DNA of 64,000 nt, from NCBI GenBank assembly GCA_033809755.1, contig JAPXLB010000004.1, positions 3,030 through 67,029 of the forward strand, in the 5' to 3' direction. The notes below the pieces were generated by a model. That model made no database searches, was not told the DNA's origin, and saw nothing but the letters and a program-made list of their open reading frames with translations. Of this stretch, positions 1 through 8,027 are shown one piece after another. The position numbers were made by a program, and so were the translations under genes. Every line of letters begins with the position of its first letter. Within the stretch, counting starts at the first letter, position 1. This DNA is from Lentimicrobiaceae bacterium (GTDB lineage Bacteria > Bacteroidota > Bacteroidia > Bacteroidales > UBA4417).

Positions 1-99
1 GATAGTCATTTTATCTTTTCTATTTTCAAGAATATGATTTATAATAATTTCACCGGCTTTTTGGTGTTTTTCAGTTATAAGTAATACGTCTCCTAACAT
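1..99 (-). CDS. Partial CDS (N-terminal 33 aa only), unknown function
   Basis: Manual translation of the minus strand from ATG at 99-97 gives MLGDVLLITEKHQKAGEIIINHILENRKDKMTI with no stop before the window edge. It starts 6 nt after the stop of the upstream GH65 gene, so it is probably co-transcribed. Confidence 0.3.
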   Translation of the reverse strand, partial: MLGDVLLITEKHQKAGEIIINHILENRKDKMTI

Positions 100-105
100 A
101 TAATT

Positions 106-3100
106 TTATTTTTTAACATTAAATTCAATCAATTTATTGCGGAAGTTTATGGAAAAATTAATTTCATCCCAGCGCTCAGGCATGTTGGGTTTGACAACAG
201 GTTCGTTTTTGTGATAATTCAGTCCTGCATACGTATTAAGGGCTGTCATAATAGTTCCGCCCATAACTCCTGTGTGAATGCCTTCGGCAGTGGTTCCGCC
301 CTGAATATCGATAAAATCGCTGCTTAGTGCCTCTTGGTACAATTTCCAGCTTAATTTCATATTAGTTTTTGCCAATAATTTTGCGTGAACAATTCTGCTA
401 AGAGTAGAACCATGCGATGTTCTGGCTAAGTAGTAATTTAAGTTTTTATCAAAATAGTCGGCTGGTAATGAGTAGTTCATTTTAAGTAGTATTTCGTCAA
501 CCTCGTCCTTTTCCAACAAGTAGAAAACCATTAGGAAATCGGCTTGCTTTGCTACTTTGTAATCGTCGGGACTTTTGCCTTCGGCTTTCAAAATACGATC
601 CATTCTGTAAACATTTCCGTATTTTTGCTTGTATTCGTCTAAGTTGACTTCTTTCAAATCGAAATATCCTTCGTACTGAGCGATAATACCGTCTTTGTCA
701 ATATCAAGAAACAGTTTGGTTTTAATTTCGTCCCATTTTCTTATTTCATCTTTCGTGAAATTAATTCTGTTTAATGCCTCATCTATTTTATCTCCTTTGT
801 TGTTGATTAGATTTTGAGCTTTATCGAAAAGCCAAGCAACCATAATATTTGTGTAGGCGTTATTATTTAAGCCACCGGTTTCGGCGTCGGGATATTTTTC
901 GTGGAACTCGTCGGGTCCCATTACTTTTTTAATGTCGTACCTGTTTCTAACTTCGTTCCATTCGGTTTTGCTTTCCCAAAATCGGCATATTTCCAAAAAC
1001 ATTTCCAAACCGTAATTGAGTAGAAAATCCATGTCGTTAGTAACGTGGAAGTATTCCCAAACGTTGAACGCAATGGCAATGGAAACATGTCTTTGAAGCG
1101 AACTGTTGTCGTCTCCCCATTGTCCGTTTAGCGGATTTAGGTGTATAATTTGAGTTTGTTCGGTTCCGTCGGAGCCGCTTTGCCATGGAAACATAGCACC
1201 TTTGTAGCCGTGTTGTTTGGCGTATTTGCGAGCAGCATCTAATCTCCTGTACCTGTACATCAGCATAGCTTTTGAAATTTCGGGCAACTTGAGTGTATAG
1301 AACGGCAAGATGAAAATTTCGTCCCAAAAAATATGACCTCTGTACGCCTCGCCGTGTAAACCTCTGGCTGTAATGCTAGCATCGAAATTTACGTTGTGTG
1401 GCGACATTGATGATAACAAGTGATAGATATGCAAACGTAGTAATTTTTGAGTAAATCTGTTGTAAACGACTTTTACATCTAACTTTTGCCATAATTTTTC
1501 CCATTGACTAACCGATTGTTGCAGAAGTTCGTTGAATGATACCGTATCAATCAGGTTGTTGACAAATTGCATTGGCTCTTTTTGGTCGTCGTGCTTTGAC
1601 GTTGCAACAGCCATTATTTTTTGAATAATTATTTGCGAATTTTGTTCAACTTGAATAGTATATTCGGCAATTATTTCACCATCTTTTTTCAAAATTTTCG
1701 GCTGAATATTTATTGGCTTACCGTCGAGTAAAAAGTTGTGCTTAACGGTTTGTGCTATACTTATTCCCGACTGTGTGGTTTTGGTTTGAATTGAAATAGT
1801 GTTTTTTTCTTCGTTACAATCGACAAATTCAGCTTTAATATGCTTTTGGTTCAAGGATTTATATCTTTCAACTCCGGCATTAATAATATTTCCGTCAAGT
1901 TTTGAAATAAATGTAATTGTGTTTTTGGAATTTGTAGGAGTAATAGTGTAGCTTATCGCAGCAAGGTGTGGATTGTCCATTGAAGCAAACTTCTTAGACG
2001 AAATATCCAAAACTGAATTTTCGGGAGTTTCGACAAGCATATTTTTATAAAGTACGCCCTCTTTAAACTTCAAAGTCCTATTAATTTCTAATATTTTTGA
2101 GTCGTGCAGGTTGAAAACAGGATTGTCATCTATTTTGAAAAACACGTTCAATCCGTCGGGAATTCTGACAAAGTCTTCATTATAAATATCTCTATCGGCT
2201 ATGCGAGTTGGGAGAGTATTGTACAAACCAGCGATATACGTTGCAGGATAATTAAATTTATCTTCTGCTTGTTCAACCATACAGCCTCTGATGCCCATGT
2301 AGCCGTTTCCGACTGTCAGCATGGCTTCTCTCGACTTTTCATTGCTTGTATTATAGTCGTGATACGATATTTGCCATTGGTCTTTTTCTGCACCTGTTTC
2401 AAACCATTGGTTAATACGGTCGTCGGAAATTTCTGCCATGTCATTAGCAACCATATCGGCTCCGTGCTGCCAAAGCTGACTATGATTATTTTCTCTGGCA
2501 AGTCCTATAACCAAGCCGAAGCCACCGTTTCTGCCAGCTTCAACGCCTGATGATGCATCTTCTACAACAATTGTATCTTTAGGGTTAACATTTAAATTTT
2601 CGGCTGCCTTTAAAAATATATCAGGTGCAGGTTTACCGTTCAAGCCAATTTCGGCAGAAACAACACCATCGACTCTTGTTAGAACATAATGAGTAAGGTT
2701 TGCAGCTTTTAATACGGCTTTGCAGTTTTTACTCGACGATGCAACTCCAATAGGGATACCGCATTGAGTTAATCTTTTCATAAAATCTACAGTGCTTTCG
2801 TAGGTTTTAACACCATCTTGTTCTAACACTTGATTAAACATTTCGTTCTTTTTGTTGCCTAAACCGCAAATGCTAATAATTTCCGGCGAGTCGTCAGGTG
2901 TTCCCATTTCCAAATCAATATTTCTAGATTTCAAAAACGACTTAACTCCTTCGTATCTGGGCTTTCCATCAACATATTTCAGATAATCCTGATTGGAAAA
3001 CTCGACAAATTCGGTATTTGTATTTTTTGCGTGTTCTTTCAAAAAAGAGTCGAACATTTTTTTCCATGCAGAGTTGTGTACTTGCGCAGTTTGGGTGATA

Positions 3101-3147
3101 ACACCGTCTAAATCGAATATTACAGCTTTAAATTTGTATTTATACAT
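106..3147 (-). CDS. Fusion protein: N-terminal HAD-type beta-phosphoglucomutase plus GH65 disaccharide phosphorylase (maltose/kojibiose/trehalose phosphorylase family)
   Basis: 1013-aa ORF. The N-terminus AVIFDLDGVITQT has the HAD motif I (DxDG) of beta-PGM, and VVEDASSGVEAGRNGG is HAD motif IV-like. From about residue 260 it reads as GH65 (GNGYMGIRG, RGHIFWDEIFILPFY, catalytic-region style). Confidence 0.85.
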   Translation of the reverse strand: MYKYKFKAVIFDLDGVITQTAQVHNSAWKKMFDSFLKEHAKNTNTEFVEFSNQDYLKYVDGKPRYEGVKSFLKSRNIDLEMGTPDDSPEIISICGLGNKKNEMFNQVLEQDGVKTYESTVDFMKRLTQCGIPIGVASSSKNCKAVLKAANLTHYVLTRVDGVVSAEIGLNGKPAPDIFLKAAENLNVNPKDTIVVEDASSGVEAGRNGGFGLVIGLARENNHSQLWQHGADMVANDMAEISDDRINQWFETGAEKDQWQISYHDYNTSNEKSREAMLTVGNGYMGIRGCMVEQAEDKFNYPATYIAGLYNTLPTRIADRDIYNEDFVRIPDGLNVFFKIDDNPVFNLHDSKILEINRTLKFKEGVLYKNMLVETPENSVLDISSKKFASMDNPHLAAISYTITPTNSKNTITFISKLDGNIINAGVERYKSLNQKHIKAEFVDCNEEKNTISIQTKTTQSGISIAQTVKHNFLLDGKPINIQPKILKKDGEIIAEYTIQVEQNSQIIIQKIMAVATSKHDDQKEPMQFVNNLIDTVSFNELLQQSVSQWEKLWQKLDVKVVYNRFTQKLLRLHIYHLLSSMSPHNVNFDASITARGLHGEAYRGHIFWDEIFILPFYTLKLPEISKAMLMYRYRRLDAARKYAKQHGYKGAMFPWQSGSDGTEQTQIIHLNPLNGQWGDDNSSLQRHVSIAIAFNVWEYFHVTNDMDFLLNYGLEMFLEICRFWESKTEWNEVRNRYDIKKVMGPDEFHEKYPDAETGGLNNNAYTNIMVAWLFDKAQNLINNKGDKIDEALNRINFTKDEIRKWDEIKTKLFLDIDKDGIIAQYEGYFDLKEVNLDEYKQKYGNVYRMDRILKAEGKSPDDYKVAKQADFLMVFYLLEKDEVDEILLKMNYSLPADYFDKNLNYYLARTSHGSTLSRIVHAKLLAKTNMKLSWKLYQEALSSDFIDIQGGTTAEGIHTGVMGGTIMTALNTYAGLNYHKNEPVVKPNMPERWDEINFSINFRNKLIEFNVKK

Positions 3148-3195
3148 ATTAATTATTTATTAATGTGCAATTTCTGTCTTCGTGGTCGTTGGTGT

Positions 3196-3293
3196 GAGTT
3201 TTAAGTTCTGATTTCTGAGTTCTGAGTCTTGAGTATTAAAAACTCAAAACTCCTGACTCAAAACTCAGAACTTTCAACTTCTGGTTTCAAACT
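3196..3293. repeat. Imperfect palindrome built from period-7 units (TGAGTTC/TGAGTCT versus ACTCAAA/ACTCAGA) between two PUL genes
   Basis: gttctgatttctgagttctgagtcttgagt ... actcaaaactcctgactcaaaactcagaac. The arms are approximately reverse-complementary around position 3238. Confidence 0.6.
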
Positions 3294-3337
3294 TACATAT
3301 TTGCATAAAAATTGCATATTTACTTTATTTTTACTTT

Positions 3338-5065
3338 CTAACACAATATCCATAAAAAACCGTACGGAGCTAATTTATCGCTTATTGTATTTCCCAACAA
3401 GTCGGATTGAGAGTTGTGTTTTACGATAAAGTCGCTTATGTCTTTGGTTTGCTCGCTTAAATTATGAATTATTTGTATCGTAACATTTTCGCACTCACGC
3501 TTGTAAATCAGAAGGTTTTTATCCTTATTGTTTTCGTCAAAATGTAAGGTTCCCCTGCCAAAAACATTGTATTTATTTCTGACGTTTATCATGTTTTTCA
3601 AAGGATAAAACACCTTTGAAGGCAGCGAGTTCTTGTTATTCAAATCGGTTTCAACCTCATTCCAATTTATATAGTTTCTTACTAAAAATCTGGTGTCGTC
3701 TTTTCCTGTTTTTTCAATTGTTGAGTAATACAGGTCTTCGTCATTCACAGTAGCAAACTCATCACCATAATAAATAATAGGAGAGCCTGTGAGTGTTAGC
3801 ATAATAGAGTATGCCAATAATATTTTATCTGAGTTGTATTGCATAAGGTCTGCAAGTCGGGCAGAAATTCCTTCGCCATTCCTGAAATCCCACAATTCTT
3901 TGTGGCAATAGTGTTCGTGAATAAACTTGCGTTCTTCTTCGGTAACGTAGACCAATTCCAAGCTCAACTCATCGTGGCATCTCAAGAAAGTAAACCACTG
4001 TGCTTCGGGACTAATAATCGGTGTAAATTTTTCGTCAAGTGTATCAATAATCGGGTTGCCGTCTTGTTGTGCTATTGCCTTAAACATACGTGGCATAAGC
4101 GGGAAGTGGTATGCAGCGTGGCATTCGTCGCCATCGCCTAAATATTCTACAACTTTGTTAGGTTGTTGGCAAGCCTCTGCTAATAAAAGAGTTCCAGGCG
4201 AAACGTAATCTAAAACAGCTCTGAAAAACTTAACCACCAAATGCGTTTGTGGCAGATTTTCGCAATCTGTGCCTTCTTCTTTCCATAAGTAGGGGATAGC
4301 ATCGGCTCTAAAGCCGTCGATGCCAATATTTTGCCAATAAAGCATGGCTCTACACATGGAAAAGAGAACTTCGGGATTTTTGTAGTTTAGATCGGGCTGA
4401 AAATTAAAAAAACGATGAAAATAATATTGGTCGTCGCATTTTTGCCAATTTGAATCTTCAATACCTTTAAAAATAATGCGAGCATCGGCGTAGCCTTTGT
4501 CGTCGTCAGCCCAAATATAATAATTCCTATAAGGATTGTTTTTACATTTCTTAGCTTCTAAAAACCATGGATGTTGGTCGGAAGTGTGGTTTATAGCAAA
4601 ATCGAAAATAATATTTATTCCTCTCTTGTGAGCCTGATCTACAAATTGTTTAAATTGAATGTTGGTTTCGGTGTTTTTGTTTGCAAACAAACTGTCTCTG
4701 ACAGAGTAATGGTCGGAAATGTCAAATCCGGCATCTCTCATAGGAGATTCCAAAATAGGCAGAAGCCACAAGCAGTTCACTCCTAAATCTTGCAGATAAT
4801 CCAACTTTTTTTCCAAACCCGAAAAATCATTGTTAAACCTATCTACATATAACGAATAAATCACCGCATCTTTGTACCAATCGGTTTTATTGTTTTTAAT
4901 GCTTTTGTTTTTTTTATATATTTCTATAGATTTTAAAAAGTTGTGTAACAGCGTAATGTCATTATCGGGATAAATATTTTTCCATAATGACTCTAATTTT
5001 GATGTGTAATCCATATCTAATGCTAATTTAAAAACATTATAAAAGTACTCTTTTTTTATAAACAT
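3338..5065 (-). CDS. Cytoplasmic GH13 alpha-amylase-family enzyme (trehalose synthase / amylosucrase / alpha-glucosidase-like)
   Basis: 575-aa ORF with no signal peptide. GH13 conserved regions are present: VIYSLYVDRF, GINIIFDFAINHTS (region I), GIDGFRADAIPYLWKEEG (region II plus III) and FLRCHDEL (region IV). Confidence 0.8.
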   Translation of the reverse strand: MFIKKEYFYNVFKLALDMDYTSKLESLWKNIYPDNDITLLHNFLKSIEIYKKNKSIKNNKTDWYKDAVIYSLYVDRFNNDFSGLEKKLDYLQDLGVNCLWLLPILESPMRDAGFDISDHYSVRDSLFANKNTETNIQFKQFVDQAHKRGINIIFDFAINHTSDQHPWFLEAKKCKNNPYRNYYIWADDDKGYADARIIFKGIEDSNWQKCDDQYYFHRFFNFQPDLNYKNPEVLFSMCRAMLYWQNIGIDGFRADAIPYLWKEEGTDCENLPQTHLVVKFFRAVLDYVSPGTLLLAEACQQPNKVVEYLGDGDECHAAYHFPLMPRMFKAIAQQDGNPIIDTLDEKFTPIISPEAQWFTFLRCHDELSLELVYVTEEERKFIHEHYCHKELWDFRNGEGISARLADLMQYNSDKILLAYSIMLTLTGSPIIYYGDEFATVNDEDLYYSTIEKTGKDDTRFLVRNYINWNEVETDLNNKNSLPSKVFYPLKNMINVRNKYNVFGRGTLHFDENNKDKNLLIYKRECENVTIQIIHNLSEQTKDISDFIVKHNSQSDLLGNTISDKLAPYGFLWILC

Positions 5066-5150
5066 GATATTAATAATTCAAAAAACTGCTAATTCAAAGT
5101 CAGGCTATTCATTGAATTATGAGCACTACGTTTAGTTCCCAAAAAAGGTA

Positions 5151-5190
5151 TAAAAAAAATGGGCTGCCTTTGGTTTTCAGACAGCCCATT
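5151..5190 (-). terminator. Rho-independent terminator downstream of the SusE/F-like gene
   Basis: 9-bp stem aatgggctg (5158-5166) / cagcccatt (5182-5190). On the minus strand it is followed by a U-run (plus-strand A-run 5152-5159). Confidence 0.6.
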
Positions 5191-5213
5191 AGATAGATTT
5201 TTAAAATACAGTT

Positions 5214-6416
5214 TTAGTTTTTAGTAGCTTCAACTGTAAATGTTTCAGTAGCAGCATCAATAATAAGAACTAAAGTGTAATTTCCTTCTACATCAATTTT
5301 AATGTTACCACCGTTGTCTGAGAAGTCGCCTGCTGCAGGACCTGTCCATGTAAGGTCGTTGTATCCTAAGCTCATGCCTGCCCAATCATCACCTTGACGG
5401 AATTTGAATTCACCCGGAATAATTGGAATATTATATGTCCATGTGTAAACATTTCCATCAACTACAGGTAGGTGAGTTCCGAAGTTTTCGTCCCAAGCTG
5501 CTTGAGTTCCGTCAGCTTTGTTGTAGCAACTGCCAATAATACCTACTTGATAATTTGAGTAGTCAATCATGGGAATATCACCAGTTTTTGTTAAAGTAGC
5601 AATGTACTTTTCTCCAAGTTTCCATTCCAAGGTTGCGGTATATACACCTGAAACTTCATTGTTAATGTTAGGACCACCAGGAACTAAAGCATCAACAGCA
5701 CCACCAAAGTTGGTATTAACGCTAACTCCTTTTATGCCTTCACCAATTTCTAATTCCGTATCTAAGAATATTTTCCAACCATCTGAGTAACGATATTTAA
5801 ACTCAGATTTTGAAAGGTTAAGATCGGTAGCTTCAAAAACTATGTTGTTAAGGTCAAATGCTTTCATAGGCATTGGAGTACTTCCATTCCATCCGTTAGG
5901 AGTTGCAGCACCAATAACGCCCCATTCAACTTTACACATAACAACTTTGTTCAATTCAGTGTCAATAACAACATGGTATAACCCATCAGTGTTTACGGTA
6001 AATTTGTTGTCGTTTTCAACAAGATTACCTTTCCAAAGATCAACGCCTTTAGGTTCGTCGCCATGACGATCGGCATCGGGTACGATTGCAAAATCTGCAT
6101 CAGGTCCGTAGGTTTTTCTAACATCACCTTTAACTTCAACGATGTTAAAGCCTTCGTCTCCAGCTTTAACGGCAACGTATATTTCTAATAGAGTTGCTCT
6201 GTCTTCTTGGTTTACTTCGTTGCGAGTTACTTTAAGCATTCCTTTGGCGTCAAAATCTTCAAGAGCTGTTGCTCCACCTTTGATATAAACACCGTCGAGT
6301 ACTATGTTGTTGTCCTCATCTTCTTTGTCTTTTTTACATGATGTAAAAGCAAATGATAAGCCTAGTACGGCGATCATTAAATAACTAGCTAATTTTTTTA
6401 AATTTAAATGTCTCAT
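5214..6416 (-). CDS. SusE/SusF-like outer-membrane starch-binding lipoprotein
   Basis: 400-aa ORF with a lipoprotein signal (LGLSFAFTSCKKD). It lies immediately downstream of SusD in a starch PUL and is a Trp/Gly-rich beta-sandwich-like sequence. Confidence 0.6.
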   Translation of the reverse strand: MRHLNLKKLASYLMIAVLGLSFAFTSCKKDKEDEDNNIVLDGVYIKGGATALEDFDAKGMLKVTRNEVNQEDRATLLEIYVAVKAGDEGFNIVEVKGDVRKTYGPDADFAIVPDADRHGDEPKGVDLWKGNLVENDNKFTVNTDGLYHVVIDTELNKVVMCKVEWGVIGAATPNGWNGSTPMPMKAFDLNNIVFEATDLNLSKSEFKYRYSDGWKIFLDTELEIGEGIKGVSVNTNFGGAVDALVPGGPNINNEVSGVYTATLEWKLGEKYIATLTKTGDIPMIDYSNYQVGIIGSCYNKADGTQAAWDENFGTHLPVVDGNVYTWTYNIPIIPGEFKFRQGDDWAGMSLGYNDLTWTGPAAGDFSDNGGNIKIDVEGNYTLVLIIDAATETFTVEATKN

Positions 6417-6516
6417 TTTTTAAAATTTTAGTTAATAATAATTTTTTAATATTTAATTTATAAAGTCTTAATATTTTGCACAAAAATAATGCCAAACAAA
6501 AGGCTTTTATAAAGAT

Positions 6517-8004
6517 TTACAATAAGTTAGGATTTGAGTCGGTAGCCCATTTAGGAATGGGGAACGTTCTTCTTTCTGGAGTTGTAGCGGGTTTTTCCCA
6601 CCAAGCATTTTCCCATTTTCCGAATCTGATTTGGTCTTGTCTTCTGTGTCCTTCAACCCAAAGTTCTCTGCCTCTTTCGTCCAATAGTTGTTGCAAGGTA
6701 GCACCAGTCCATTCTTCAACGCCTGCACGTCTGCGAATTGGGTTTATCCATTGGTCGCCAGACCTGCCAAGTCGCATTTCACATTCGGCTTTCATCAGAT
6801 ATATGTCAGAAAGTCTGAAAAGTGGAAAGTCGTTGCTTAGGTTTTCTTTAGCACCTAACTTAATTTCATACTTAAGGACACGTGCACCTGTTGTCCTGAT
6901 TTGTTTGGGAGTAAAGTTACCTTCTTGCATATTTATTGACGGAACAAAAGGATCGATAACTAGAGGTTCGTTGGTAATACTCTCAATAATAATCTTTCCA
7001 TCGTGTGTATATTGCTGTCCTGTCATAAAGTAGCCGCTTTTACGAGCATCGTTGTCTTCGTAAGTCTGATAGAAATCATATACGGCACATAAGCCGTTCC
7101 ATGGACCAACAGGCATATCAAAGGTTAAGTTGCTTTGATAGTGTAGTGAACGCATGTGAAGACGGAAGCCATGTGCGGTATTTTCATCAAATGGTATTGA
7201 GAAAATGATTTCCGAAGAATTTTCATTATTTGTTTTAAAAGGTGCTAAAAAGTCAGCTTCTAACGAATAAGGTCCTGCTATAACGCTATCGCAGTACAGT
7301 CCTGCTTTTTCCCATTGCGGTACGCCTGTATAGACTTCTGCATTAAGGTATAGTTTAGCCAACAATGCATAAGCCATATATTTGGTTGCCATATATTTGT
7401 TATCAACATCTTTCAGATATTTAACGTTATTGGCTACAGTTGTAGTTATGCTGTCGAAAATAGCTTTGCGACTTACTTTGGTTGGTAAGAAATCGCTGGG
7501 CAAATTGGCAGTTGTTAGATAAGGTGCGTCGCCGTAATTGTCTAACAGTAAGTAGTAATAGAATGACCTTACAACCTCAACTTCAGCTTTTTTTCTATGT
7601 ATTGCTTCGCTGTCTTCAAGAGAGTTGAGCATGTCAATAATTTGATTACATGAGGTAATACCTTCCCAGAAGGCACTCCACATGGTATTAACTGCATCGA
7701 TGTCGTTTGTCCACTGGTGAGTGTGAAGATATAGCCATTTTCCGCCGTCGAACCAGTCGGAACCCCTAACGGGACAACAAAACTCGTCGGAGGTCATTTC
7801 CTGAGCCAAGAACCACCAGCCGTTGTCGTCAATAAGTATTTGAAGTCGTTTGTAGGCATCAACACTTAAATTGGCAATTTGAGCATCATTTTCGGGGTAT
7901 AAATGACCCGGAATTTTATCGTAGTAGATTTCGTCTAATTTGGTACAAGAGTAAAACGTAGTACCAACTATTGCTAATATTAATATTATAATTATTTTTT
8001 TCAT
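6517..8004 (-). CDS. susD: SusD/RagB family nutrient-binding outer-membrane lipoprotein
   Basis: 495-aa ORF with a lipobox (TTFYSCTKL). It lies directly downstream of the SusC-like gene and has SusD-typical segments (RSFYYYLLLDNYGDAPY, RAECEMRLG-like MKAECEMRLG). Confidence 0.85.
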   Translation of the reverse strand: MKKIIIILILAIVGTTFYSCTKLDEIYYDKIPGHLYPENDAQIANLSVDAYKRLQILIDDNGWWFLAQEMTSDEFCCPVRGSDWFDGGKWLYLHTHQWTNDIDAVNTMWSAFWEGITSCNQIIDMLNSLEDSEAIHRKKAEVEVVRSFYYYLLLDNYGDAPYLTTANLPSDFLPTKVSRKAIFDSITTTVANNVKYLKDVDNKYMATKYMAYALLAKLYLNAEVYTGVPQWEKAGLYCDSVIAGPYSLEADFLAPFKTNNENSSEIIFSIPFDENTAHGFRLHMRSLHYQSNLTFDMPVGPWNGLCAVYDFYQTYEDNDARKSGYFMTGQQYTHDGKIIIESITNEPLVIDPFVPSINMQEGNFTPKQIRTTGARVLKYEIKLGAKENLSNDFPLFRLSDIYLMKAECEMRLGRSGDQWINPIRRRAGVEEWTGATLQQLLDERGRELWVEGHRRQDQIRFGKWENAWWEKPATTPERRTFPIPKWATDSNPNLL

Positions 8005-8027
8005 CTTAAATAGTTTTTAAATGTTGA

